This document shows, piece by piece, positions 1 through 9,881 of a DNA stretch of 64,000 nt. The stretch lies in NCBI GenBank assembly GCA_041750285.1, contig JBGSZS010000018.1, positions 128,001-192,000 of the forward strand, in the 5' to 3' direction. The translations under genes and the position numbers were made by a program. The stretch is from Candidatus Fermentibacteraceae bacterium. GTDB lineage: Bacteria; Fermentibacterota; Fermentibacteria; Fermentibacterales; JCC-6. The notes beneath the pieces were generated by a model, which was not told the DNA's origin, made no database searches, and was given only the letters and a program-made list of their open reading frames with translations. Positions within the stretch are counted from its first letter, which is position 1; each line of letters begins with the position of its first letter.

Positions 1-1
1 G

Positions 2-142
2 ATCACCGACGACCCATCGACAGATCTTTACCCTGCCTGGAACACCGGTTCAAACTGGATAGCCTTTTCAAGCGACAGGATAGTCGGTTTCGACATCTTC
101 AGCATAGACGAACCCGGGATACCCGTAATACAGCCCCGCTGA
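2..142 (+). CDS. C-terminal end of a TolB-like/PD40 beta-propeller protein (5' truncated by window edge)
   Basis: Manual translation of frame +2: ITDDPSTDLYPAWNTGSNWIAFSSDRIVGFDIFSID...*. DxxPAW...IAFSSDR is the PD40 repeat pattern. Not in the ORF track. Confidence 0.8.
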   Translation: MTDDPSTDLYPAWNTGSNWIAFSSDRIVGFDIFSIDEPGIPVIQPR

Positions 143-292
143 ACCGGCCATACAAAACGGGGCAGCGCATCGGCCACACGGGTTCACTCATTCAGGCAAC
201 GGCTCCCGTTCAGTGACAGCGACACACCAAGAGCAGCCTGCTGACTGGCACCATGCCCGCCGGTCACCGGAACCCGCCCTGCATCCGGCCAT

Positions 293-322
293 AAGAAAAG
301 GGGGGCGCGTGACGCGCCCCCC
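293..322 (-). terminator. Rho-independent terminator closing the outer-membrane operon
   Basis: 10-bp GC stem GGGGGGCGCG-TGA-CGCGCCCCCC (300-322) followed on the minus strand by TTTTCTT, about 20 nt after the stop at 342. Confidence 0.8.
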
Positions 323-341
323 GATCCCGGATGCAGCCCGG

Positions 342-1451
342 TCAGTAGTAGAGCATCTCCTGAATCGCCTGGGAGAGCTCAACGAGGAAGTTGGTGTCGG
401 CAACGTTGATACCGAGGCCGAATCCCGCGGTCTGCACCGTGAACAGTGTGAACCGGAACTCCTGCTGGAGGAAGGTCATGGCCGCTGCCATGCCCAGCAC
501 GTTGTTCCTGTTCATCGTCGTGTGGACGAAGGAGTAGTCTCCCCCGTCGTAGACACCGAAGGAGGCTGCGACGCCGGCGATCATGTCGCCGGAGAGACCC
601 TTCGCCATCTGGAGGGCTGCAAAGCCGGCCATGGCGTCACGGGTGATCGCGGTTGCGCCCTCGGGCATGGAGTAGGTGGCGTAGTCGAACTTGATGTCGT
701 TCTCCGCCATGATCCAGGTTCTGTAGTCGATTGGCTCGACGGTGTATGTGCGGTACGGCACGTTGAGGTAAACAACCGTCACACCGTTCTCGACTGCCAG
801 GGAATCGACGGCGATGTTCTCGTTCTGCGACCATTCGTTCACTGCCGAGGTCATGCCGAAGAAGTCCGGAATGTCGGAGACGAACCTGTACTTGAACGGG
901 ATATTGCCGTACTTGGGGCTCTGCGGATCGTTGTGGTCGGCGTTGAAGGGTGAGGCCCCGTACAGGAAGGCACCGATGATCTCGTTGTCGATGGTCGTGG
1001 TGTCGCCGTCGGTCGGCCAGTCCAGCCAGACCTCTCCGTAGGCCTCGATGACCGACATGGTGCTCTCGCTGAGAACCGGATCGATGCACTCGAAGACTGT
1101 CCAGTCAACGTCCTGCGTGACGGTGGCCATGCCCGTTGCGACCGGCCAGTTCCCGCCATCGTTCTGAGCGGCCATGTAGAAGAAGTCGCCGCCGATGTTC
1201 CAGTAGTCGCTGAGGTGGATCGACGCCCAGCCCGCGCCCAGGTAGGCCTCGGGGCGGGTCACGTCGACATCGATGGCCTGCTGGAACTTCACCATTGCGC
1301 TGTCGTAGCTGGCCTGGTCGTAGGCCTGCCAGCCCTGTGCAACAAGGCCGTCGTAGCCTATCACGTCAGGGATGTCAGTGGGAAGCTTGTCCCCGCAACC
1401 CGACGCCAGAACGAGGGCGAGACCCGCAAGCAGTGCTATTGTGCGCTTCAT
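342..1451 (-). CDS. Lipoprotein with N-terminal TPR-like helices
   Basis: MKRTIALLAGLALVLASG-C lipobox; GWQAYDQASYDSAMVKFQQAI...PEAYLGAGWA is TPR-like; RBS GGAGGG before ATG at 1451. Confidence 0.75.
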   Translation of the reverse strand: MKRTIALLAGLALVLASGCGDKLPTDIPDVIGYDGLVAQGWQAYDQASYDSAMVKFQQAIDVDVTRPEAYLGAGWASIHLSDYWNIGGDFFYMAAQNDGGNWPVATGMATVTQDVDWTVFECIDPVLSESTMSVIEAYGEVWLDWPTDGDTTTIDNEIIGAFLYGASPFNADHNDPQSPKYGNIPFKYRFVSDIPDFFGMTSAVNEWSQNENIAVDSLAVENGVTVVYLNVPYRTYTVEPIDYRTWIMAENDIKFDYATYSMPEGATAITRDAMAGFAALQMAKGLSGDMIAGVAASFGVYDGGDYSFVHTTMNRNNVLGMAAAMTFLQQEFRFTLFTVQTAGFGLGINVADTNFLVELSQAIQEMLYY

Positions 1452-1465
1452 TTTCACCCTCCTTC

Positions 1466-3946
1466 CTACTCAACCATCATGATCTTCTGGGTGAGAACCT
1501 GGCCCTGGGCCTCGAGGCGGCAGAAGTAGACTCCCGCGCCAAGGGGCTGGCCGTTGCTGTCGGTTCCATCCCAGACGATGCTGTGGTTAGCTGCGGCCAT
1601 GTCTTCATTGGCCAGTGTTCTCACGAGCCTGCCGCTGAGGTCGAAGACCCTCATGGTCACAAGACCCTGTGCGGGGGTGGCGAAACGGATGACTGTCTGG
1701 GAGCTGAAGGGGTTGGGGTAGTTGCCCTCGATCTGGACCTGGACCGGAACGGTGGGGCTGGTCACGCCGGGTGCCTCACCCAGGACGTAAATGCCGCCCT
1801 CGGTCACGGGGGCGCAGATCCTGCCGTTCTGGAAGTAGCTGTCGAGCCTGACCCATCCCTCGGACCCGTAGACGAATACCGAGGCGTTGGCGTTCACGGC
1901 GGGGAAGGAAAGGGTGCCGTTCACGGCGGGTATGCTTACCGGGCCCGCGAGAACGCCGGTGAGCATGCCCGAAGCCTCGGCCATGCTGGAACCCGCGCCC
2001 ATGGAAAGCCCGAGCATGCCGGTCTCGCTGAGGACGACCCTCGAACCCGGAGCTGCGGCGCCTTCAGGAACATCGAGCCTGATGCCCCTGACTTCAAGCG
2101 TGAGCTTGCCGCTGACGGTTCCGACAGCCATGGCGACGCTGTTGCTGAAAACGGTGCCGCTGCTGTCGAATCCCGAGAAGTTGAGGGTGTAGTTGCCGTC
2201 GCTCGTGAGGTCGACGTTACCCCTCCACATCTGGTCTCCGTAGAACTTCTCCATCTTGATGGGTGTGGTGACGGAGCCGAGTGTGGTGCTGAAGATGGGG
2301 CCGACCCAGTCGAAGCCCTCCATCTCGAGGGTGGCCTCGTCGAGACCAACCGCGAAGACGTTGGCGAAGTTGTCGGAGACCTGGTTCTGGTGGACGGCCA
2401 CTTCGAGGCTTGGCGGATAGAAGTCCTGGCTGAGCACGTAACGCAGGTTGAGGGCTCCGCCGGGGTTGTTGTTGGTGACGATGAGGTAGGTGGCGTCGCC
2501 GTCGAGGCCGAAGCTGCCGTTGTAGAACTCGTTGAGGGACAGGTCCGTCACCGAGAGGAACTCGCCCGTGGCCTCGTTGAAGGACACGACCTTGGCCTCC
2601 CAGCGGCCGGCAACGGCGCTCTCGCCGCCCGAGCCGTCGGAGTACTGGCCGTTGAACAGGACCATGTCCTCGCTGCCGGTGAGATCACGGAAGTAGCAGT
2701 ACTGGGAAGCCCAGATGGGCGCTGCCATTGCGCTGACCTCGGCGCCTATCGTGACGGGGAACGGATACTCCGTGAACTTGTTGGAGAAGGCGGCCTGCTG
2801 GGTGGCGTGGCCGAAATCCTCGGAGACGGTGCCCACGAGGAAATCGTACATGTAGATGCCGCCTGCAAAGTCGCTGAGGAAACGGTGGTTCAGGTTGCAG
2901 ATCAGGTAGTCCCAGTAGAGCGGGACCACTTCGTCCTGGACTGCAGTTTCCGGATCAGCCGCGGGGTCGAGTGCAAGGGCGATGTTCAGCATTCCGGTAC
3001 TGTCGCCCTGGGCGATGGCCTGGATCGCCGATACCCCTGCACGCTGGCGGAGGTACATGAAGAACAGGAACTGCTGACCCCTGGAACCGCTGTAGTCGAG
3101 TCCGCCGGAGCCGGCCTGGGAGTTCACCAGTTCGATGTACGGGGCTTTTTCGAAGTCGCCCAGTATCTTGTCCATGCCGTATGACCCGGTGCTGACGAAG
3201 CCGAAGCTCTCGTACTGCGCGACCTCGGCCATGCCCCTGATGACCCAGGGTTCCTCGGCAACGTTCCGGCTGTAGCGGCAGAGCGCCGAAAGGCCGTTGG
3301 CCAGGTTCCACTGGCGCATGGGAACCGCGTGGACCAGAAGGTTGGGGTTGTACGCCAGTGCGTGGGCGTTGAGGTAGAAGATGTCGCGGGCGTTGAACTC
3401 GCCCTGGAGGTCTCCGGGCACCACGTGGTAGAACTGGTTGCGGGCGGCAAGGCTGCCCTGACCCGCGTTGTACTTGGTGGGGATCGCCGAGACCGCGATC
3501 CATATCTTCTCGCCGTCGGGAACCGTGAGGACCGGCTCGCCCCAGACAGCGGTGACCGCGCCCCAAACGGTGTTTTCGAACACCTCGGTGAGGTCTTCGA
3601 ACTCTTCCATGGTCATCATGTCACCGATGATGCCCACGTCCCATCCGAATTTCTGGTGAAGGGACTCTTCTCCGTAAAGAAGCGTGTCGAGATCGAGTAT
3701 TCCGCCGCCCTTGGCATCCACCCAGCAGGTGTCCTGCACCAGCCAGAGGGCATGGGGTGTCTCGGCGAGCACTGTGAACTGCCTGGACTGTTCGGGGTCG
3801 GCAAACTCCGACAGGTCCGGCACCAGAAGGTTGACCTTGTCGCCGACCTCCTGGGCGTTCGCCGTGCCAAAACCGAGAAGCGGCATCAGGATCGCGGCCA
3901 GAAGAACGATAAACGCCCCACTGCCCCTTCCTGAAGTGGTTCTCAT
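1466..3946 (-). CDS. Secreted protein with an M30/zincin-like domain lacking HExxH and a C-terminal FlgD-Ig/T9SS-type sorting domain
   Basis: Signal peptide ending TANA-Q; RBS GAGGAGG before ATG 3946; C-terminus GNYPNPFSSQTVIRF...VFDLSGRLVRTL...WDGTDSNGQPLGAGVYFCRL. Confidence 0.8.
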   Translation of the reverse strand: MRTTSGRGSGAFIVLLAAILMPLLGFGTANAQEVGDKVNLLVPDLSEFADPEQSRQFTVLAETPHALWLVQDTCWVDAKGGGILDLDTLLYGEESLHQKFGWDVGIIGDMMTMEEFEDLTEVFENTVWGAVTAVWGEPVLTVPDGEKIWIAVSAIPTKYNAGQGSLAARNQFYHVVPGDLQGEFNARDIFYLNAHALAYNPNLLVHAVPMRQWNLANGLSALCRYSRNVAEEPWVIRGMAEVAQYESFGFVSTGSYGMDKILGDFEKAPYIELVNSQAGSGGLDYSGSRGQQFLFFMYLRQRAGVSAIQAIAQGDSTGMLNIALALDPAADPETAVQDEVVPLYWDYLICNLNHRFLSDFAGGIYMYDFLVGTVSEDFGHATQQAAFSNKFTEYPFPVTIGAEVSAMAAPIWASQYCYFRDLTGSEDMVLFNGQYSDGSGGESAVAGRWEAKVVSFNEATGEFLSVTDLSLNEFYNGSFGLDGDATYLIVTNNNPGGALNLRYVLSQDFYPPSLEVAVHQNQVSDNFANVFAVGLDEATLEMEGFDWVGPIFSTTLGSVTTPIKMEKFYGDQMWRGNVDLTSDGNYTLNFSGFDSSGTVFSNSVAMAVGTVSGKLTLEVRGIRLDVPEGAAAPGSRVVLSETGMLGLSMGAGSSMAEASGMLTGVLAGPVSIPAVNGTLSFPAVNANASVFVYGSEGWVRLDSYFQNGRICAPVTEGGIYVLGEAPGVTSPTVPVQVQIEGNYPNPFSSQTVIRFATPAQGLVTMRVFDLSGRLVRTLANEDMAAANHSIVWDGTDSNGQPLGAGVYFCRLEAQGQVLTQKIMMVE

Positions 3947-4058
3947 GTTAACCTCCTCTTTGCTGTCTGCGGTTGTCGCCGCACTGTGGTATCTATTCTG
4001 TCCGGGCCCTGAAACGGGCCCCGGGGTTCGGTAATCCTTTTCCTTTCCGGTTTTCAAC

Positions 4059-5378
4059 CTACCAGTCATCGTCGGAACCTTCCGTGCTTCCGCCATCAGT
4101 GGTCTGTATCATGGTCTGCCAGTTCTGGAACGAGACCTCGCCGGGAACGGTGGAGTAGACCTGGCGGAAGTCGCCGCTCGAGTTCAGGTCGGCGAAAACG
4201 AAGGACATCGTGGTTCCCTCGAAGTAGTCCCACACCTCGAAAGGCACATGGGTCGTGGTGAAGGGGCTTCTCTCGATGTCGCCGGGTTCGCCGTAGCGTA
4301 TGAGGACCCTGCCGCGGTCGGTCCGCCAGCCCGGAACCTCCATGTGCATGTACCTTTCGGCAGTGCTGCACCGGGCTTCGAAGGAGGCCCTTTCTCCCGG
4401 CGAGCCCTGCCAGTACTGCAGGAAGTAGGCTGCGCGGCCCGGTTCATCAAGCCTTCCGTAAAGGTCGGCCTGGGTGCCGCTGAGAAGCAGGGCGAACTCG
4501 TCGAGACGCCCGGGGATCCCGGTGACCTCGGGCGGCGAACCGATCTGGAAAGCCTCACCCGCCACATCGATGAGCATGGGTTTCGTGGTGAGGGCAAGGG
4601 TGTCGCCATCCTCGGACGTGTAGAGGATGTAGAGGGAGTAAAGGCCTGAAGCCCTGGCAGGTTGAAGATCGAGGCTGTCAACCAGGCTCACCGAGTTCAT
4701 CCCCTGGGGTATGACGAACGTCTCACCCGGTCTGGCGAACACGATCGCGCCGTCGGGACCCGCGATGCCGGTCTGACGGTGGAGTGTTTGTCCGCCGAGG
4801 TCGTAGAGCTCCTGATACGTGTACACCCTGGTTTCAGCGGGAACGCTGAACGTGTTGGAGGCTGCGGGGAACACTATCAGGCCGCCCTTTTTGAGTGTGT
4901 TCTCGCTCGCTGCGACTGCGGGCATCAGGGTTCTGGCAAGCTCGAGCTCGCTGAAGTGGCCGGGTTCAGCCACGGAGAGGGCTCTCTCCGCGGTTCCGAC
5001 AAGACCGTTCAGGTCATCGGTGACCGTCATGGTCAGGACATGTTCACCCGGCACTGCGGGCAGGATGACGGCATTCAGCACACTGCGCTCGGGGACCCAT
5101 TCTATCTCGGAGCGCCAGGCGTCTGCGGCAAGCGTGTCTCCCGATGTTCCTGTCAGGACGACCACCGTGGTGAATGAAGACATCCCGTCCTCATCCCGCG
5201 AAAGGTTGCCCAGTGGAACTTCCTGATAGACTTCAAGCATCAGGTTCCCGCCGGCTCCGGTACGGAAAACGGCCGTGTCGATGGAGAACCGCACATCCCC
5301 CCTGCCCGGTGTCGCGAACTGACCGGCCATGCCGGAGGCAGCCAGCGCAAGCAGCAGAGCAAATGGCCTAGTAGACAT
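4059..5378 (-). CDS. GWxTD domain-containing exported protein
   Basis: Signal peptide; PGWRTDRGRVLIRYGEPGDIER...FEVWDY...FVFAD. Confidence 0.85.
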   Translation of the reverse strand: MSTRPFALLLALAASGMAGQFATPGRGDVRFSIDTAVFRTGAGGNLMLEVYQEVPLGNLSRDEDGMSSFTTVVVLTGTSGDTLAADAWRSEIEWVPERSVLNAVILPAVPGEHVLTMTVTDDLNGLVGTAERALSVAEPGHFSELELARTLMPAVAASENTLKKGGLIVFPAASNTFSVPAETRVYTYQELYDLGGQTLHRQTGIAGPDGAIVFARPGETFVIPQGMNSVSLVDSLDLQPARASGLYSLYILYTSEDGDTLALTTKPMLIDVAGEAFQIGSPPEVTGIPGRLDEFALLLSGTQADLYGRLDEPGRAAYFLQYWQGSPGERASFEARCSTAERYMHMEVPGWRTDRGRVLIRYGEPGDIERSPFTTTHVPFEVWDYFEGTTMSFVFADLNSSGDFRQVYSTVPGEVSFQNWQTMIQTTDGGSTEGSDDDW

Positions 5379-6519
5379 ACCATGCCTCCCCGAGGCTGAA
5401 AGCCCGGTTCACGTCCTGCCAGTCGCCGTCGAACTCGTACAGCCCGTAGCCGAAACGGTCGATGAACAGAAGGGTGAGCCTGGGATTGAAGTAGGTCCAT
5501 ACCTGGAAAGGATAGCCCTCCACCTGGAAGGGGTTGTTCTCGACCATGTCGGGTTCGCCCAGTTTGGCGTAGGTAACTCCCATGTCGGTCAGGATTCCCC
5601 TTGTCACTCCGGATGTGAAGGACCGTTCGATGTAGTCAAGCCTTCTGCGGTAGGTGTCGAGGTATTCGTTTTCACGAGTGGAGGGGTTGGGATCGCGGCG
5701 GAGCCAGAACTCGCTCATCACGGCCTGCCTGTCCCCCGGGTTGCTGGCGCTCTGGAGTTCGGAGATCTCCCTGGATGAGGCGATGGGTCTTACAAGGGTT
5801 GCCGTCTCGTCGGGATCGTCCCCCCAAAGGTCCCAGGAGGAGAGAAGCCTGATGGAACTCGATGAGGATGCCATCACTTCGGACTCACCCCCCAGCGCGG
5901 CCGTGTTGACCCTGTAAACGCCCCTCTCAAGTCCGCCGAGGGAAAAGGAACTGGAAAACGAAGCGATGCCGTCGGTCTGACGGACAGGGTCCATCCAGCC
6001 CTCCCTGATGGCGTTGAGATTCTGGTCGAGAACAGCGTAGGCGGCCCGGACCTCTCCGTAGCCCACCGGAGGATAGACATCCCAGACGATGGAAACACTT
6101 CCCGCAGCCCTGACCGTTCCCGAAGGCGTGAGCCTGAGGCCCGATGAGGACCACGTTTCAGTGCTGGCACTGTCTATGACAACATCCACCCTCTGAGAGA
6201 CAGTCTCACCGGTTTCAAGGTCGAGAAGGCTCGTCCTCAGTTCGTGGGTGCCTGTGGAGAGGTCGGTGAAGTGCAGCTCCTCGATCACGGGAAAATCATC
6301 CTCCCCCGCGTCCGCCCCCGCCCTGGCAAAGCCGCCGGCCATCTCGGCGGTGAGCTCGTAACGGTAGACCGGCCGGCCGTCGGTGAAGACGGACACGAGG
6401 TCCTCCCGTTCGATCACCACTGTGATCATGGCCGATCCGTCGCGCCCGGGGCCGGAAGGTATGGTGGTCCAGCTCACGGCGAAACCGGTCAGTGCTGCCA
6501 GAACCAGGGAAAACGTCAC
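5368..6519 (-). CDS. GWxTD domain-containing protein with a variant motif
   Basis: EFWLRRDPNPSTRENEYLDTYRRRLDY...GILTDMGVTYAKLGEPD...FQVWTY. Confidence 0.8.
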   Translation of the reverse strand: MTFSLVLAALTGFAVSWTTIPSGPGRDGSAMITVVIEREDLVSVFTDGRPVYRYELTAEMAGGFARAGADAGEDDFPVIEELHFTDLSTGTHELRTSLLDLETGETVSQRVDVVIDSASTETWSSSGLRLTPSGTVRAAGSVSIVWDVYPPVGYGEVRAAYAVLDQNLNAIREGWMDPVRQTDGIASFSSSFSLGGLERGVYRVNTAALGGESEVMASSSSSIRLLSSWDLWGDDPDETATLVRPIASSREISELQSASNPGDRQAVMSEFWLRRDPNPSTRENEYLDTYRRRLDYIERSFTSGVTRGILTDMGVTYAKLGEPDMVENNPFQVEGYPFQVWTYFNPRLTLLFIDRFGYGLYEFDGDWQDVNRAFSLGEAWYVY

Positions 6520-6541
6520 TTCGGGATCACCCTTTCCGCTC

Positions 6542-6563
6542 GGGGGGGGCCTGAGCCCCCCCC
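6542..6563. other. Intergenic GC hairpin (mRNA stability or attenuation element)
   Basis: GGGGGGGGC-CTGA-GCCCCCCCC between the PorV-like and GWxTD genes; no U-tract on the minus strand. Confidence 0.55.
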
Positions 6564-6576
6564 ATTGTTCATTACG

Positions 6577-7560
6577 TCAGAACGCAACGCCAAGACTGGC
6601 CCTGTGGACCATTTCGAGGCGGTTGAAGTCCTGATAGGCGTAGTCGAGGGAGAGGGTGGCGCCGTTCATCGGGATCCGGAAACCGGCGCCCGCGGCAAGA
6701 CCCTCTTCATCGGTGTTCACCCTGTAGCCGCCCCGGAGGGCGAACATGTTGTTGAACCAGTACTCGGCGCCCAGGTTCACCTGCTCGAGGTTGTCGGGCG
6801 GGTGAACGCCGTCCACCTCGACTGTGATGTGGTGGTTGGAGGTCTGCAGCACGTCCATGGCCATGCCCAGCTTGAAGGTCATGGGCATGGAGTAGGAATC
6901 GTAGACCTGAAGGGAGTCGCCACCGCTGAAGTATGTCGTGAACTCGCCGTCGGGCGTGAGCTCGGGGCCGAAGTGCTGGATGGTCATGCCGATGCGAAGC
7001 GTCTTGAAGCCCGTGTCGTACAGGGTGCCAAGATCGACTGCAACCCCGCCGGCAGAGACGTCGTCCCAGGTTTCCCTCACGTACTTCACCGTGAGTCCGG
7101 CGCTGAACCGGTCGGTGAGCATGCGGGAGAAACTGAGGCCCGCGACCATGTCGGAGCAGGTGAAGGTTTCACCCGTGCCGTCAGGGTCCTCCACGGTGGT
7201 GACATCCATGTCGCCGCTTGAGAGGAGGCCGAACTGGAAACCGAAGGTTCCCACGCCGGGGCTCTCGTAGGTGACGATGCCGTTGCCGTAGAGAATGTCG
7301 GCGTAGAGCTGGGTCCCCGAGAACTGGGCCTGGGTGCCGGCGACCTTCACGAGGGCGCCCGGGTTCCAGTAGGCCGCGCTCGGGTCGTCGGCCGTGGCGA
7401 TGAAGGCACCGCCCATGCCAACACCCCTGGCGCCGACTCCTATCTGAAGGAACTGGGCGCCTACGGTGCCGACCTTGGCGAAGGATGAGGCTTCCGCATC
7501 GGCAGGGAGCAGCAGGAAGGCAACCACCGCCGCTGCCAGGATCGTTCCAGTGAGCTTCAT
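6577..7560 (-). CDS. PorV/PorQ-family (FadL-like) outer-membrane beta-barrel
   Basis: GTVGAQFLQIGVGARGVGMGGAFIATADDPSAAYWNPGAL signature; terminal ...HRASLGVAF; ATG 7560 with RBS AGGAGG. Confidence 0.9.
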   Translation of the reverse strand: MKLTGTILAAAVVAFLLLPADAEASSFAKVGTVGAQFLQIGVGARGVGMGGAFIATADDPSAAYWNPGALVKVAGTQAQFSGTQLYADILYGNGIVTYESPGVGTFGFQFGLLSSGDMDVTTVEDPDGTGETFTCSDMVAGLSFSRMLTDRFSAGLTVKYVRETWDDVSAGGVAVDLGTLYDTGFKTLRIGMTIQHFGPELTPDGEFTTYFSGGDSLQVYDSYSMPMTFKLGMAMDVLQTSNHHITVEVDGVHPPDNLEQVNLGAEYWFNNMFALRGGYRVNTDEEGLAAGAGFRIPMNGATLSLDYAYQDFNRLEMVHRASLGVAF

Positions 7561-7576
7561 GGTTATCCTCCTTTCC

Positions 7577-9790
7577 CTACTTGATGATGGCAAATTTGCC
7601 GATTGTGTAATCAGTCTCGTTTTCCACACGGTAAACGTAGAGGCCGGTCACCACGTCCTGTTCGTTCCTGGAAACGAGGTCCCAGTATTCGGTGCCGCAT
7701 TCCCCGCTGTAGTCCCGGTGTTCGAGGGTTATCACATGGTCTCCCGCCAGTGTGTAGATGTGGATGTTGCACATGGCCGGAAGGTTGATGAAGGCTATCT
7801 TGTTGAAGTAGGTGGCTTCCCAGGCGGCGCTTCCGCGGTAGGGGTTGGGAACCACTGCGACGTTCTCGGTCCAGTTGGTGTCGGAATCCCAGCTGGGCAC
7901 GACGGCAAGGGGCGTACCCTCGACCGTCTGCTTGTAGTTGGAGCGGGTGCTCTCGACCATGGTCTCCGCGTCGTAGGAGCACACGACGTAGAAGTAGGGG
8001 AAGCCGTTGGTCACCGAATTGTCGGTGAAGCTGTAGGTTCCGGCGCCCTCGACCGTGGCCACGAGTTCCCAGTTGCTGGGTTCGAAGGTTGACCTGTAGA
8101 CGTTGTACCCGCCGAAGGGGCTGTAGCTCTCCGCGTTGGCGCCCCACTCGAGGTGCACTGCCCCGTCCTGGGCCTCGTAGAAGAGGATGGGCGTGGGCGG
8201 AAGCTGGGGAACGCCCCATCCGCCGTCGCGGTAGTAGGCGTCGAGCATGTTGTCGGCGGCGGTGCGAAGACCCTCGAGACCGAGCCCCACGACCCAGCCG
8301 CCCACTACGTTCAGGCTGTCGCCGGATTCAAGGTTCACAGGACCCATCGAGGGAAGGAAGCGGTAGTCGAACACGGGGTATCCAAGTGCGATGGGGTTGT
8401 CGTAGACGAAGGGGAAGGGTCCCGGGTTCTGGGGCATTCTGGCGTTCCAGGTGTTGGGGTTGCCCACCCAGGGTTCGAGGTAGGCGGGGCCGCTGAACTG
8501 GCCGCTGTTGTCCGGGAAGACGCCCCACATGTACTGGTATCTTTCCTGATCCAGACCGGGGTCGCTCTCCCAGTTCCACCAGGCGTGGCTGAGGGGGATG
8601 GGAACGCCGTACACGTCGATCGGTCTCTCGATCGTGCCGTCGGCCTTCTTGATCCAGTAGTCCATCAGACGCCAGCCGATGAAGCCGACCACGGGGGGGC
8701 TGAGTTCCTGTTCGCCGGTGTCGTCAGCGGAGCTGCCGGGGCCGTCGCCGTCCCACATGACGCTCATGTTGCGGGGCACCACGGCGTATGTCGTGTCGCC
8801 CGCGTCGTGGAGCCAGTAGTTCTCGGGCATGCCCGAATCGAACCGGAAAAGGCCGTTCTCGGGGATGACTGTGAATATCTTGGTGGTGTCTTCGCCGGCC
8901 ATCTTGTAAAGGATGGTGAAGTGGTCGGACACGCCGTTGCCGTCAACGTCGTTGTCCATGATGCCGTCGGCGCCCATGTAGTTGTAGTGGTAGTAGATGT
9001 TGTTGGGGTCTTCGGGGTCGAGCGGGCTGTCTTCGTTCTGGCGGTAGGTGTAGATGTCCTGCGATGATGCGGTGGTGCCATCCTGGAAGACGTACTCGAA
9101 GGTGGCGTCGGGATCGTTGCACCAGATCGCATGGCCGTCGTAGTACACGAGGTCGTCGATGGCCGCCTCGACGGGGTCGGCGGTGGCCACGTCGCAGTCT
9201 CCCCTGATGGCCACGAGAAGGCCGTCGAGCGAGGAGAGACCGGTCTCGTTGTACTCGGAGTTGAACGTGAGGATGAAGTGGTTGGCTATGAAATCGTTGT
9301 AGCCCGGGGTTCCCCATCCGTAGTTGTACTCGTAGATGCCCATGCCGTAGGGTGTTTCACCGTTGGCGCTGGACCAGTCGTCGTAACCGTACTGTGACTG
9401 CTCGAGGGCGGTGGGGCCGGGAACCAGCTTGATCGTGGGAAAGCCGTCGGTTGGACGAAGCTCCCAGTCTCCGTAGTCGGAGCAGCTGGCATGCGGGATC
9501 CCGGGTTCACTCACGCAGGTCCAGAAGTCGCCGCCCCAGAGGTAGCTGCTTCCCTGACCGCCCGGCCATTCCATGCTGGGGTAGTTCAACCAGGGGTCGC
9601 CGAACATGCCGTAGTTGAGGAAGGCCGACCAAACATTCGAGAGATTGTGAAGTGTCCACACCGCTGGCGGACGTGCATCGGTTTCTGCGTCCGGTCGTTC
9701 GATCTCGCGGATCTCCGCGGCAAAACCGGGGACGGCGAACGCCAGCAGCAGGAACAGAATCATGAACCTGCTGAACCTTGTGTTCCTCAT
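7577..9790 (-). CDS. Large acidic secreted protein with an FN3-like domain and a T9SS-like C-terminal domain
   Basis: Signal peptide (PGFA-A); FN3-like VHLEWG...GYNVYRS...YSFTDNSVTNGFPYFYVV; tail VAVVPNPY...IHIYTLAGD...WDL...GLYVYRVE...GKFAIIK. Confidence 0.8.
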   Translation of the reverse strand: MRNTRFSRFMILFLLLAFAVPGFAAEIREIERPDAETDARPPAVWTLHNLSNVWSAFLNYGMFGDPWLNYPSMEWPGGQGSSYLWGGDFWTCVSEPGIPHASCSDYGDWELRPTDGFPTIKLVPGPTALEQSQYGYDDWSSANGETPYGMGIYEYNYGWGTPGYNDFIANHFILTFNSEYNETGLSSLDGLLVAIRGDCDVATADPVEAAIDDLVYYDGHAIWCNDPDATFEYVFQDGTTASSQDIYTYRQNEDSPLDPEDPNNIYYHYNYMGADGIMDNDVDGNGVSDHFTILYKMAGEDTTKIFTVIPENGLFRFDSGMPENYWLHDAGDTTYAVVPRNMSVMWDGDGPGSSADDTGEQELSPPVVGFIGWRLMDYWIKKADGTIERPIDVYGVPIPLSHAWWNWESDPGLDQERYQYMWGVFPDNSGQFSGPAYLEPWVGNPNTWNARMPQNPGPFPFVYDNPIALGYPVFDYRFLPSMGPVNLESGDSLNVVGGWVVGLGLEGLRTAADNMLDAYYRDGGWGVPQLPPTPILFYEAQDGAVHLEWGANAESYSPFGGYNVYRSTFEPSNWELVATVEGAGTYSFTDNSVTNGFPYFYVVCSYDAETMVESTRSNYKQTVEGTPLAVVPSWDSDTNWTENVAVVPNPYRGSAAWEATYFNKIAFINLPAMCNIHIYTLAGDHVITLEHRDYSGECGTEYWDLVSRNEQDVVTGLYVYRVENETDYTIGKFAIIK

Positions 9791-9881
9791 ACCCTCAGTC
9801 ACCTCCTGTTCCTGTCCTGACCGGAGTGCCCACCGGTCATCCGTTTGCTGTGAATATTTCCACTCATGCCTTTTTCGCCTC

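Noticed and set aside
1295..3184. Long antisense or alternative-frame ORFs (e.g. 1295-3184 +, 13403-14701 +, 40336-42501 +, 45811-47445 +)
   Set aside because: Shadows of well-supported opposite-strand genes in GC-rich DNA; no motifs
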